From Bacteroidales bacterium (GTDB lineage: Bacteria > Bacteroidota > Bacteroidia > Bacteroidales > JAFGXI01), in the NCBI GenBank assembly GCA_016936665.1, contig JAFGXI010000010.1, positions 72,611 to 136,610 of the forward strand: DNA of 64,000 bases, read 5' to 3'. Positions 45,893-55,373 of the stretch are shown here, piece by piece. The notes under the pieces were generated by a model. That model did no database searches, was not told the DNA's origin, and worked only from the letters and a program-made list of their open reading frames with translations. The translations under genes were made by a program, and so were the position numbers. Within the stretch, counting starts at the first letter, position 1. Every line of letters starts with the position of its first letter.

Positions 45893-46747
45893 ATGAAATC
45901 ATCAATTTTTATTGTATTTACTTTAGCAGTATTAACCACTTTTGCGCAAAAAGAAGTACCAAGCAAAGATCAAATACAGCAATTTAAGAAAACAACTACT
46001 TATGTTGTGCTTGACGATAATCCGCTTCTTGGGTTCAATTTTAAAATTCGCGAAGCAGTTAAAAATGTATGGACCATTACTCCAGTTGATTTTATCTCAT
46101 CTGAAGATTATGATAAATTGAGAAAGTCGACCAAAAACTCGTTTATTACTATCGACGAAGTTTGGTTTACAAAAGATAATACACAAGCGCATTATAATTT
46201 TCTTTGTTTGTCGCTGGGTGGAAACTATAAATCGCAATCGGATATGCCTCAGCTTTGTACCGTTCCACTTTCGTATGCCGAGGTTGATGAGTCGAATTAT
46301 ATCTACAAACTATCATCTTTATTGCAAATCATTCAAGATCATGTATTATTTGTCGAAAATGAGCCACATATTAGCGATATCAATATTATCAAAAAATATA
46401 ACGACAATGCCTATTTAATAAAGGATAAAACGTTGTATGTTATTAAAGATGAGATGGAACGTTCGATAAATACAGAAGCTAAGTTTAAAAAAGTTTATCC
46501 TTATAAATTTAAGTTTGTAACTCGCGATGAGTTGGAAAAAGCAATCGATTCTAAACAGGCCGGAGTCGTTTATTTACATAAAGTCGGTCCAGAAGGAACA
46601 CAACGTAAAGCAAGATGTTACAAAACTATTATTGGTACAGAAAAATCCAAGTTATATTATTTTGATTATCATATGATCGACGATAAATCGCCCGATGGTC
46701 TTCTTGAAAAAGATTTAAAGAAAATAGTTAAAGCAAAAGCAGCATAG
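45893..46747 (+). CDS. Hypothetical secreted protein
   Basis: 284 aa. Signal peptide (IFIVFTLAVLTTFAQ). No motif I recognise. Lies 11 nt after the previous gene. Confidence 0.55.
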   Translation: MKSSIFIVFTLAVLTTFAQKEVPSKDQIQQFKKTTTYVVLDDNPLLGFNFKIREAVKNVWTITPVDFISSEDYDKLRKSTKNSFITIDEVWFTKDNTQAHYNFLCLSLGGNYKSQSDMPQLCTVPLSYAEVDESNYIYKLSSLLQIIQDHVLFVENEPHISDINIIKKYNDNAYLIKDKTLYVIKDEMERSINTEAKFKKVYPYKFKFVTRDELEKAIDSKQAGVVYLHKVGPEGTQRKARCYKTIIGTEKSKLYYFDYHMIDDKSPDGLLEKDLKKIVKAKAA

Positions 46748-46765
46748 CCTTATAAACTTATTAGA

Positions 46766-48181
46766 GTGAGTCAAAATACCTTTAAATCGTTTCCGAGAAC
46801 ATTTTGGATTGCCAATACCATTGAGCTCTTCGAGCGTTGGGCATGGTACGGTTTTTACATGTTATTCGCTAATTACCTAACTCAATCGAGCGATATGGGG
46901 GGATTGGAATTTAGCCAGACACAGAAAGGGGCTATCATGGGAATTGGCACAGGGATTCTTTATTTTTTGCCGGTATTAACCGGAGCCATTGCCGATCGCT
47001 ATGGTTATAAACGGATGCTTACTATTGCTTTTTTTGTTTACTTCACGGCGTTCCTATTATTGCCTATGTTTCATACTTTTACAGGCGTTTTTGTAATGTA
47101 TTTATACTTAGCCATTGGAGCGGCGTTATTTAAACCAATAATTTCTGCAACTATTGCTAAAACAACAAATCCGGGTAACGCTTCTATTGGTTTTGGACTT
47201 TTTTACATGATGGTTAATATTGGTGCTTTCTTAGGTCCAATGCTCGCCTTGTTGTACCGATCGAATGTTTTTTACATTTCTGCAGGGATGATTGCTTTGA
47301 ATTTTGTGATGTTATTGTTATACAAAGAGCCGGAAAGAAAACAACAGTCAGAACCACTTTGGGAAACTTTCAAAATAATTTTTGCCAATGTAATCAAAGT
47401 CCTTACCGATTGGAAATTTGTTATTTTTCTTTTTATTATTTCGGGTTTTTGGGGGATGTATAACCAGTTGTTTTATACGTTGCCGGTGTTTGTTGAGCAA
47501 TGGGTAGATACGTCTTCATTATACCATTTTTTCAAAGAAAATATTCCTTTTATCACAGAGCACTATAGTAAAAATGGACAAATGGAAGCTGAGTTTGTTA
47601 CAAACTTCGATGCTTTGTTTATCATTATTTTTCAGGTGATAATTTCTAAAATTGTGATGAAACTAAAACCTTTAAATAGTATAATAACTGGAATTTTGAT
47701 AGCATCGATTGGAATGTCTTTAACATTGTTCACCCAAAATGTTATTTATACCATAGTTGCCATGTTGGTATTTTCGGTAGGAGAAATGGCTGCATCACCA
47801 AAAATTACAGAGTACATAGGAAGTATAGCTCCAAATGATAAAAAAGCACTGTATATGGGTTATGCTTATCTGCCTTTGTTTTTAGGAAATGTTATTGCCG
47901 GTATTCTGTCTGGGAGTGTATATCAGAACATGTCAGATAAATATCAGATGGTAATGCAAATTGCAAAAGCTGAAAATATAACGTTGAATAATAATTGGTC
48001 ATTAAACGAAAAGTTAAAATTTATTGCAGAACAAAAATCTTTAACTGTGAGTCAATTCGAAGATTATTTGTGGCATACAAATCAACCTTATAAAATATGG
48101 ATTGTTATTCTTTCTGTAGGCTTAGTTTCTGCTGTTAGTCTTTTGGTTTTTAATGCATTAACTAGGGTTAAAACAGAATAG
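46766..48181 (+). CDS. Proton-dependent oligopeptide transporter (POT/PTR2 family, MFS)
   Basis: 471 aa, GTG start. The GTG is required because the conserved ELFERWAWYGF (ExxERFxYYG-type) motif precedes the first ATG. About 12-14 TM helices. Confidence 0.85.
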   Translation: MSQNTFKSFPRTFWIANTIELFERWAWYGFYMLFANYLTQSSDMGGLEFSQTQKGAIMGIGTGILYFLPVLTGAIADRYGYKRMLTIAFFVYFTAFLLLPMFHTFTGVFVMYLYLAIGAALFKPIISATIAKTTNPGNASIGFGLFYMMVNIGAFLGPMLALLYRSNVFYISAGMIALNFVMLLLYKEPERKQQSEPLWETFKIIFANVIKVLTDWKFVIFLFIISGFWGMYNQLFYTLPVFVEQWVDTSSLYHFFKENIPFITEHYSKNGQMEAEFVTNFDALFIIIFQVIISKIVMKLKPLNSIITGILIASIGMSLTLFTQNVIYTIVAMLVFSVGEMAASPKITEYIGSIAPNDKKALYMGYAYLPLFLGNVIAGILSGSVYQNMSDKYQMVMQIAKAENITLNNNWSLNEKLKFIAEQKSLTVSQFEDYLWHTNQPYKIWIVILSVGLVSAVSLLVFNALTRVKTE

Positions 48182-48258
48182 TATATCGGATTGAGTTATA
48201 AAAAAGAGAAAACTAAGAATAAAAAGAGATAGAAGCTTGTAAATCAAATTATAATCTT

Positions 48259-48266
48259 TAAATTTG
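48259..48266 (+). promoter_or_regulatory. -7 promoter box (TAnnTTTG) for rpsO
   Basis: TAAATTTG, 28 nt upstream of the ATG at 48294. Lies inside the track's longer ORF, which supports the shorter start. Confidence 0.4.
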
Positions 48267-48293
48267 CAAGCTCAAATAAAAAGAATTAAAACC

Positions 48294-48566
48294 ATGGGTT
48301 ATTTAACAAGCGAAAAAAAGGTTGAGCTTTTTACAGAGTACGGAAAGTCTAATACTGATACTGGTTCTCCAGAGAGCCAAGTAGCATTATTTTCATACCG
48401 TATTAAAAACCTCACCGAACATTTAAAAAAGAATCGTAAAGATTACAGCACACAGCGTGCTTTGCAGAAATTAGTAGGTAAACGTAGAGGTTTGCTCGAC
48501 TACCTTAAAGAAAAAGATATTGAAAGATATCGTTCAATTATTAAGGAGCTTGGATTACGAAGATAA
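48294..48566 (+). CDS. rpsO: 30S ribosomal protein S15
   Basis: 90 aa from the ATG at 48294. GDTGSPESQVALFSYRIKNLTEHLKKNRKDYSTQRALQKLVGKRRGLLDYL is typical uS15. Confidence 0.95.
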   Translation: MGYLTSEKKVELFTEYGKSNTDTGSPESQVALFSYRIKNLTEHLKKNRKDYSTQRALQKLVGKRRGLLDYLKEKDIERYRSIIKELGLRR

Positions 48567-48585
48567 ACAAGTGGGAATGCATATA

Positions 48586-48610
48586 GAAGGGAGCTTTGCT
48601 CCCTTTTTTT
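48586..48610 (+). terminator. Rho-independent terminator after rpsO (rpsO-pnp spacer)
   Basis: GAAGGGAGC-ttt-GCTCCCTT followed by TTTTT. Confidence 0.75.
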
Positions 48611-48748
48611 GTATCTATGCTATAGGAAATGTTCAAATAGGTTCAATTATTGCTAATTATTTGATTAAGACTTTTAAAGATTTGAGCATTCGTTTTTTTG
48701 TACTCTTAAATTGTGCTATCTTCACGCACTTAAAATAAAATTTAAAAT

Positions 48749-50902
48749 ATGTATAATGAAATTACAAAGACCATCGTTATGCCTGATGGTCAGACGATTG
48801 AAATTTCGACGGGCAAATTAGCTAAACAAGCAGATGGTTCTGTTGTTTTAAAGGTAGGCAACACAATGCTTTTAGCTACTGTCGTTTCAGCCCAAGACGC
48901 CAAAGAAGATGTAGATTTTTTACCTTTATCTTGCGAATACAAAGAAAAATTTGCTTCGGTCGGTAGAGTCCCCGGCGGTTTTTTAAAACGCGAAGGTCGT
49001 GCCTCTGATTATGAAATTCTTATTTCAAGATTAATCGATAGAGCTTTACGTCCATTATTCCCAGAAGATTATCATGCAGAAACATTTGTAAATGTAATGT
49101 TGATGTCTTCCGATAAAGACATCTACCCAGATGCATATGCCGGTTTAGCAGCATCTGCAGCCATTGCAGTTTCTGATATCCCATTTCATGGTCCGATTTC
49201 GGAGTGTAGAGTTGCAAGAATTAATGGTGAATTAGTTATAAATCCTAAGCAATCTGAATTGATCGATGCCGACATCGATTTAATTGTAGCAGGAACAATC
49301 GATAATATTAATATGGTTGAAGGCGAAATGTCTGAGGTTTCTGAACAAGACATGTTAGAAGCTATTAAAGTCGCTCATGATGCCATTAAATTACACTGTA
49401 AAGTACAGCTCGAATTAGCAGAAGCCGCCGGTAAAACAGCAAAAAGAGTATATTGCCACGAAACTCACGACGAAGCTTTACGCGAAAAAGTTCATGCAGA
49501 AACTTACGAAAAAGTATATGCTGTAGCTAGAGAATGTAATGCAAACAAGCATTTAAGAAAAGAAAAATTCGATGCCGTAAAAGAAGCATTCTTATCGCAA
49601 TATAGCGAAGAAGAACTCGACGTTGTAAAAAAACTAGTCGATGTATATTATCACGACGTCGAAAAAGAGGCTGTTCGTAATATGATTTTGGACGAAGGCT
49701 TACGTTTAGATGGTCGTAAAACCACTCAAATAAGACCAATATGGTGTGAAGTAGATTATTTACCTTCAACTCATGGTTCAGCAGTGTTTACTCGTGGAGA
49801 AACTCAGTCTGTAACAACTTGTACTTTAGGCTCAAAACTAGATGAACAAAGAATTGATGGCGCTGTAATTGCAACTACCGAAAGATTTGTTTTACATTAT
49901 AATTTTCCTCCTTTTTCTACAGGAGATGCAAGACCATCGAGAGGTGTGAGTCGTAGAGAGGTTGGTCATGGTAACTTAGCTCATAGAGCGCTTAAGAGAA
50001 TGATTCCTGGCGATAGCGAAGGTAACCCTTATTCAATTCGTTTGGTGTCAGATATTTTAGAGAGCAATGGCTCGTCATCTATGGCGACTGTTTGCGCAGG
50101 TTGCTTATCTCTTATGGATGCCGGTGTTAAATTAAAATCGCCTGTTTCAGGTATTGCAATGGGTTTAATTAGCGATAGCAAAACCGGAAAGTATGCTGTT
50201 TTATCAGATATTTTAGGCGACGAAGATCATTTAGGCGATATGGACTTTAAAGTTACAGGTACATCAAAAGGAATTACAGCCACCCAAATGGATATCAAAG
50301 TTGATGGGTTATCATACGAAGTACTAGAAAAAGCGCTATTGCAAGCCAAAGAGGGTAGAGCTCACATTTTAGGCGAAATGATGAAAACGCTTGATGCACC
50401 TCGCGAAGACTACAAACCTCATGCTCCACGAATTGAACGAATCATTATCCCTCAAGATATGATTGGTGCGGTTATCGGCCCTGGTGGTAAAATTATTCAA
50501 GAGATTCAAAAAGAAACAAGCACTATTATAACTATCGAAGAAGCAAACAATCAAGGAATGGTCGATATTTCTGCTCCAGATAAAGAGTCAATCCAAAAAG
50601 CGATTAACTGGATAAAAGGTATTGTGGCCATACCGGAAGTTAATGAGATTTACGATGCAAAAGTTAAAAGTATTGTAGAGTTCGGAGCTTTCGTAGAGTT
50701 TTTACCGGGTAAAGAAGGTTTACTTCATATTTCCGAAATAGAATGGCATCGTTTATCGAAAGTATCCGATGTTTTAAAAGTAGGCGATAAAGTTAAAGTA
50801 AAACTTTTAGCAGTCGATAAAAATGGCAAGTTTAAATTGTCAAGAAAAGCGCTATTACCGAGACCTCCAAAAGAGGAAAATCAGGCTGATAAGCAAGAAT
50901 AA
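48749..50902 (+). CDS. pnp: Polyribonucleotide nucleotidyltransferase (PNPase)
   Basis: 717 aa. Two RNase PH domains ([27 protein letters not shown]), a KH domain ([10 protein letters not shown]), and an S1 domain ([21 protein letters not shown]). Confidence 0.97.
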   Translation: MYNEITKTIVMPDGQTIEISTGKLAKQADGSVVLKVGNTMLLATVVSAQDAKEDVDFLPLSCEYKEKFASVGRVPGGFLKREGRASDYEILISRLIDRALRPLFPEDYHAETFVNVMLMSSDKDIYPDAYAGLAASAAIAVSDIPFHGPISECRVARINGELVINPKQSELIDADIDLIVAGTIDNINMVEGEMSEVSEQDMLEAIKVAHDAIKLHCKVQLELAEAAGKTAKRVYCHETHDEALREKVHAETYEKVYAVARECNANKHLRKEKFDAVKEAFLSQYSEEELDVVKKLVDVYYHDVEKEAVRNMILDEGLRLDGRKTTQIRPIWCEVDYLPSTHGSAVFTRGETQSVTTCTLGSKLDEQRIDGAVIATTERFVLHYNFPPFSTGDARPSRGVSRREVGHGNLAHRALKRMIPGDSEGNPYSIRLVSDILESNGSSSMATVCAGCLSLMDAGVKLKSPVSGIAMGLISDSKTGKYAVLSDILGDEDHLGDMDFKVTGTSKGITATQMDIKVDGLSYEVLEKALLQAKEGRAHILGEMMKTLDAPREDYKPHAPRIERIIIPQDMIGAVIGPGGKIIQEIQKETSTIITIEEANNQGMVDISAPDKESIQKAINWIKGIVAIPEVNEIYDAKVKSIVEFGAFVEFLPGKEGLLHISEIEWHRLSKVSDVLKVGDKVKVKLLAVDKNGKFKLSRKALLPRPPKEENQADKQE

Positions 50903-50931
50903 AAAAAAGGAGCTTTTCAGCTCCTTTTTTT
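50903..50931. terminator. Bidirectional Rho-independent terminator between convergent pnp and the DUF4249 gene
   Basis: AAAAAAAAGGAGCT-tttc-AGCTCCTTTTTTT. Confidence 0.85.
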
Positions 50932-51065
50932 ATTTTCTAAAAGTCTATAAAGCAAAATGTTTGGGTTGAGTAATTTTTTTTATAAAATATCAATTCTCTA
51001 AATACACAACGAGTAATTATATTATTTTTTTACGTTTTACTTACTAATGGGTTTAAAGCAGAATG

Positions 51066-51857
51066 CTATGGAATAACAACAATCATTTTCGAAGAAGCCG
51101 TATAAGCGCCAAAATAACCGATTGCATTTTCACCTTCAATATTGCTTATAGGATTACCCGGGGTATCTGTGCTTGAAGCATCTCCTATTGTTTTAAAATA
51201 ATCGTAATTGGCTTTATCGACACAATACATTTCGATATAAACAGTATCACCTTCTTCCGCAACTGTTAGATTTGCATCGTTATATAATCCGTCGAAATAT
51301 TTATCGTCGGAGTTTAAAAAACCATCGTCGAGCCGACCATTAATGAATATTCTAAATCTATAATAATTCGACTCATTGGGTGGATCTTGAAAATAAGCCG
51401 TAACTAAATATAAAGGTTTTTCGCTAGGCATTCCATAATCGAAGGATTCTAACGATAATGAATCTATCGCTACTTTTGTTGGAGTATATGCATAAGAGCT
51501 TACCATCTGATTATTATAATCGATTTGTAGTGTATAGCCTCTACCCGACATAGTTTTTAGAAAACTGTTCTCGTATAAACCGTTGCCTTTAGATTGTAAG
51601 AGAAACTCAGAACCTTCTGAATCCTCTATTTTAACAGTGGCGTTATCTATAGTTGGTAATGCATTATTATCGTAAAAACTTCCTGTTTTCGACAAACGAA
51701 CCTGCCCCCAACCAATGCTGTCTGTAATAAAAGCATCGACCACTAATTGCGTATTGGCATCATTTAAATCTACATCGATTACTTTTTCGCAAGACACAAT
51801 TAAAAGCCCTGCTAACACAAAAAATATAGTGACAATTATATTCTTACTTCTACTCAT
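51066..51857 (-). CDS. DUF4249-family lipoprotein (partner of the adjacent TonB-dependent receptor)
   Basis: 263 aa. Lipobox LIVSCEK. LVVDAFITDSIGWGQVRLSKT...ATVKIEDSEG...GLYEN...GRGYTLQI matches the remembered DUF4249 pattern. Lies 2 nt downstream of the receptor gene. Confidence 0.7.
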   Translation of the reverse strand: MSRSKNIIVTIFFVLAGLLIVSCEKVIDVDLNDANTQLVVDAFITDSIGWGQVRLSKTGSFYDNNALPTIDNATVKIEDSEGSEFLLQSKGNGLYENSFLKTMSGRGYTLQIDYNNQMVSSYAYTPTKVAIDSLSLESFDYGMPSEKPLYLVTAYFQDPPNESNYYRFRIFINGRLDDGFLNSDDKYFDGLYNDANLTVAEEGDTVYIEMYCVDKANYDYFKTIGDASSTDTPGNPISNIEGENAIGYFGAYTASSKMIVVIP

Positions 51858-51859
51858 AA

Positions 51860-54226
51860 CTAAAATTTAAAATTGTAAGAAATGGAAGGTATAATTTTGA
51901 AAAGCGCCAATTGTACAGCTTCTGTTTTTGATGGGTCGTTTTCGTTTTGTCTAAAACTTATTGAATAAGCGTTTTCTCTCATGTATGCATTGTAAACCGA
52001 AAAACTCCAACTCGATTCGAATACATGCTTAGGTTTTACCACAATTCCTTTTTCTTTATCGTAAAAATCTTTCTTCTTATTTTTAAGATTAATACTTAAA
52101 TCTAATCGATGATAATCTGGCATTCTATAGCCATTGCGTTCGGTATAATAATTAACAAACTGACCATCAATTTCGTATTTCCCACTGGGGAAGGTAACCG
52201 CATTTCCTGTATAATAAATCCAAACGGCAGACACATCGAGTCTTTCGGTTATTTTAAACATCGCTACCAACGACAAGTCGTGTATTCTATCTTGTTTTGC
52301 AGAATACCAAGCACCTTTATTAATCGATTCTATTTGTCGTTCACTTTTAGCTAATGTATAACTGATCCAACCTGTAAATCGTCCTTTTGCTTTCTTTAGA
52401 AAAAACTCCAATCCGTAAGAACGGCCTTTCCCATAAATTAAATCACCTTCAATTGTTGGATTTAGGTTTATATCTGCACCGGGTCTAAAATCAATAACAT
52501 TTTGCATATTTTTATAATATGCCTCTAGAGAAAACTCGTACATGTCGGATTTAAAGTTTCTAAAGTACCCCAATGCCCATTGGTCGGCAATTTCCGGTTT
52601 AATATTGTTTGAGCTTGGCAACCAAACGTCTAATGGAGTGCCAGAAGTTGAATTCGACATTAAATGCAAAAACTGATTGGTTCGCGAATATGATGCTTTA
52701 ACAGAGCTATTTTCCGAAAGTATGTACTTCAAGCCCAGTCTGGGCGACCATGCATTATAACTCGATACGGCTTCCCAATCGTTATAAACAGTAGTGTCTT
52801 TAACTTCGCCATCGGCATTATATGTATATATGTCGCCTGGTCCGATTTGAGTAAAATTCGAATAACGCAGACCATACGTAAGTGTTAACAAAGAAGTAAT
52901 CTGATGTTCGTTGCTCAGATAAAGAGCACTCTCTATCGAATATTTATTTTGCACATCAATATTGTTGATTCCACTACTTTCCTGAGCATCTAGAAAACCC
53001 GGATCGAAGGTATGGTGAATAATATTACCTCCGAACTTTAATTTCATTTTTCGATTTAAAAAATAGTCGAAATCTTGTTTTAGATTGATATCGTTAATTT
53101 TTGAACCAATTTTAAAATCAGCCACTTGAATATCAATCAAATAACTATAATCGCTATAAATTAAAGAAGTGTTAGAAAATAGCTTTTCGCTGGCTATATG
53201 ATTCCATCGGAGCGTGGCTGTTTTATTGCCCCAATCGAACCCAAAAACATTATTAAAGCCAAAATGATCTTGTCCAAAATAACCCGAAAGATAGATTCTG
53301 TCATTCTCTCCTATTTTATAATTCGCTTTTAAATTAAGATCGTAGAAGTATAAACTAGAATTCTTTTGAGCTTCGTTTTTTGATAATTTCAAAAATAAAT
53401 CGGCATACGTTCGTCGTCCGGAAATAATGAACGAACCTTTGTCTTTCACAATTGGAGCTTCTATGGTCAGTTTAGATGCTATTAAACCGATACCTCCACT
53501 AACAGAAAGCTGTTTGCTGTTCCCTTCTTTCATTTTAATATCCATTACCGACGATAATCGCCCACCAAATTCTGCAGGAATAGAACCTTTATACAACTGA
53601 ACATCTTTAAGAGCATCGGAGTTAAACACTGAAAAAAAACCGAGTAAGTGAGACGCATTATAAACAGGAGCACCATCTAAAAGTATTAAATTCTGATCGG
53701 CACTTCCTCCTCTTACGTAAAAACCGGAGCTCCCCTCTCCTGCTGTTTGCACACCTGGCATTAATTGTATGGTCTTCATTATATCGCGTTCACCAAACAA
53801 AACAGGCAAAGCCTCTGCTTCTTTTAGATCTAATTTCGCAACACTCATTTGATTCGAAACAACATTTTTGTTAGACTTTTCAGCCGAAACCACAACCTCA
53901 TCAATCTTAGAAGCATTGGTTGCTAACTCGATGTTCTTAATAATATTCTTATCGAGGTGAATTTTGAACTTTTGGTCTTTAAATCCTATAAAGCTATATA
54001 CCAAAGAATAATCTCCGGAGGGTAGAGTTAAAGAATAAAATCCATATACGTTTGTAGTTGCGCCAACTCCAGATTCGTTTTCAATAATGATAGTTGCCCC
54101 TATCAAGTCTTCACCGGTTTCTCCATCTTTAATTTGCCCACTGATAGTAAAATTCTGAGAATACAAATCTGTCAGCGCAAAAAAGATCATGAAGAAAAGG
54201 TAAAAAGCTTTATGCTTACAATTCAT
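51860..54226 (-). CDS. TonB-dependent receptor with N-terminal carboxypeptidase-regulatory-like domain
   Basis: 788 aa. Signal peptide. ISGQIKDGETGEDLIGATI (CarboxypepD_reg-like). Plug region (DIMKTIQLMPGV, SGFYVRGGSADQNLILLDG). Long beta-barrel ending in the aromatic terminus ...SYNFKF. Confidence 0.88.
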   Translation of the reverse strand: MNCKHKAFYLFFMIFFALTDLYSQNFTISGQIKDGETGEDLIGATIIIENESGVGATTNVYGFYSLTLPSGDYSLVYSFIGFKDQKFKIHLDKNIIKNIELATNASKIDEVVVSAEKSNKNVVSNQMSVAKLDLKEAEALPVLFGERDIMKTIQLMPGVQTAGEGSSGFYVRGGSADQNLILLDGAPVYNASHLLGFFSVFNSDALKDVQLYKGSIPAEFGGRLSSVMDIKMKEGNSKQLSVSGGIGLIASKLTIEAPIVKDKGSFIISGRRTYADLFLKLSKNEAQKNSSLYFYDLNLKANYKIGENDRIYLSGYFGQDHFGFNNVFGFDWGNKTATLRWNHIASEKLFSNTSLIYSDYSYLIDIQVADFKIGSKINDINLKQDFDYFLNRKMKLKFGGNIIHHTFDPGFLDAQESSGINNIDVQNKYSIESALYLSNEHQITSLLTLTYGLRYSNFTQIGPGDIYTYNADGEVKDTTVYNDWEAVSSYNAWSPRLGLKYILSENSSVKASYSRTNQFLHLMSNSTSGTPLDVWLPSSNNIKPEIADQWALGYFRNFKSDMYEFSLEAYYKNMQNVIDFRPGADINLNPTIEGDLIYGKGRSYGLEFFLKKAKGRFTGWISYTLAKSERQIESINKGAWYSAKQDRIHDLSLVAMFKITERLDVSAVWIYYTGNAVTFPSGKYEIDGQFVNYYTERNGYRMPDYHRLDLSINLKNKKKDFYDKEKGIVVKPKHVFESSWSFSVYNAYMRENAYSISFRQNENDPSKTEAVQLALFKIIPSISYNFKF

Positions 54227-54333
54227 TCTTCTTTAGTTTTAAAATGCGAAAGAACAAAAAAAAAACAGTTCGAAAAAATTATATCAAAGATTTCAAAAAC
54301 AATGTTAAAAACTTGCAAAGTTCAATTTTATTG

Positions 54334-54350
54334 TTTAGAATTGTTCTAAA
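54334..54350. promoter_or_regulatory. Palindrome TTTAGAA-TTG-TTCTAAA (7-1-7 reading: TTAGAAT-T-GTTCTAA) in the divergent promoter region; candidate Fur-family operator
   Basis: Perfect 7-3-7 inverted repeat read directly, midway between the receptor ATG (54226) and the haem-protein ATG (54461). Near-identical to the tpx box at 37794-37808. Confidence 0.35.
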
Positions 54351-54460
54351 TAAATTAATGTTAAAAAAATGATTTCTTCCAATTTAGAATATTCATGTTT
54401 TTTCATTTTAACAAAAAGTATTTTTACTAAATTTCAATAATTTAACTAAACATCAAACTT

Positions 54461-54868
54461 ATGAAAAGTATTGTATTTTCTGTGGTGTTTCTAGGTGTAA
54501 TAGCTTTATTTGGTTTCACAAAAATAGATTCATCAGTACAGGTTAAAAGTGCGCCAACAGTTGCTATTACAAGCGAAATTCCAGAAAACATCCAAACCAT
54601 TATCGACAAATCTTGCGTAATGTGTCATAACACAGAGTCTCAAAACGTGAAAGGGAAAACCAAGTTAAATTTTGATAAATTTAAAGACGGTTATTCTGTA
54701 CCAAAGCAAATTTCGAAATACATGGATATTGCAGACGAAGTAAAAGAAACAAAAATGCCACCTAGCAAATTTATAGAAAAACATCCTGAAAAGAAATTAA
54801 GCGAAGAGGAAAGAAATGCATTAGTAGCATGGGCTGAAAATATGGCTAAACAATTAGGAGGCGAATAA
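54461..54868 (+). CDS. Small haem-binding-domain protein (single CxxCH), secreted
   Basis: 135 aa. Signal peptide. CVMCH motif, a downstream KMPP, and C-terminal LSEEERNALVAWAEN. A paralogue of the next gene. Confidence 0.7.
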   Translation: MKSIVFSVVFLGVIALFGFTKIDSSVQVKSAPTVAITSEIPENIQTIIDKSCVMCHNTESQNVKGKTKLNFDKFKDGYSVPKQISKYMDIADEVKETKMPPSKFIEKHPEKKLSEEERNALVAWAENMAKQLGGE

Positions 54869-55330
54869 ATGAAATGGCTGAAGCGCATATTTTATATTCT
54901 AATTGTTGCTCTAATTGGAATACAAATTATACCCATAGCCGAGCCTACTTTTTCGAGTGATCTGTCGAACGATTTTCTGGCACAAAACGAAATGCCCAGC
55001 GAAATTCGTATTATCCTGAAAAATGCGTGTTACGATTGTCATTCCCTACAACCGGAATTACCTTGGTATGCTAATGTAGCTCCAGTTTCTTGGTTAGTGA
55101 AAGGCGATATTAGCGAAGGGCTGTCTGAACTTAATTTTTCTGAATGGGAATCGATGTCGAAAATCAAAAGAATTCAAAAGATTGAGTCGTGTTCAGAAGT
55201 TGTCGAATCTAAGGAAATGCCTTTACCAATATATGCGACCATGCATTCGAAGGCCAAATTAACCGACGAACAACGCACTAAATTTATTGAATGGGCAGAA
55301 AACTTTTCCGAAACAATCTTTGAAAAATAA
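54869..55330 (+). CDS. Small haem-binding-domain protein (single CxxCH, Haem_bd/PF14376-like), membrane-anchored
   Basis: 153 aa. N-terminal TM. CYDCHS...LPWYANVAPVSWLVKGDISEGLSELNFSEW...EMPLP...LTDEQRTKFIEWAEN matches the remembered Haem_bd pattern. The ATG directly follows the preceding stop. Confidence 0.75.
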   Translation: MKWLKRIFYILIVALIGIQIIPIAEPTFSSDLSNDFLAQNEMPSEIRIILKNACYDCHSLQPELPWYANVAPVSWLVKGDISEGLSELNFSEWESMSKIKRIQKIESCSEVVESKEMPLPIYATMHSKAKLTDEQRTKFIEWAENFSETIFEK

Positions 55331-55373
55331 CATCCTTTAATAATCAAATTTCAATAACTTAAAATATTAAATC

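Noticed and set aside
48520-48738. 72-aa ORF in the rpsO-pnp spacer
   Set aside because: It overlaps the 3' end of rpsO and runs through the rpsO terminator hairpin (48586-48610). It has no signal of a real protein. The region is better explained as the pnp leader.
54134-54349. 71-aa plus-strand ORF across the TonB-receptor start and the divergent promoter
   Set aside because: It overlaps the receptor's signal-peptide codons antisense and the palindromic operator candidate. The sequence is lysine-rich and low-complexity.
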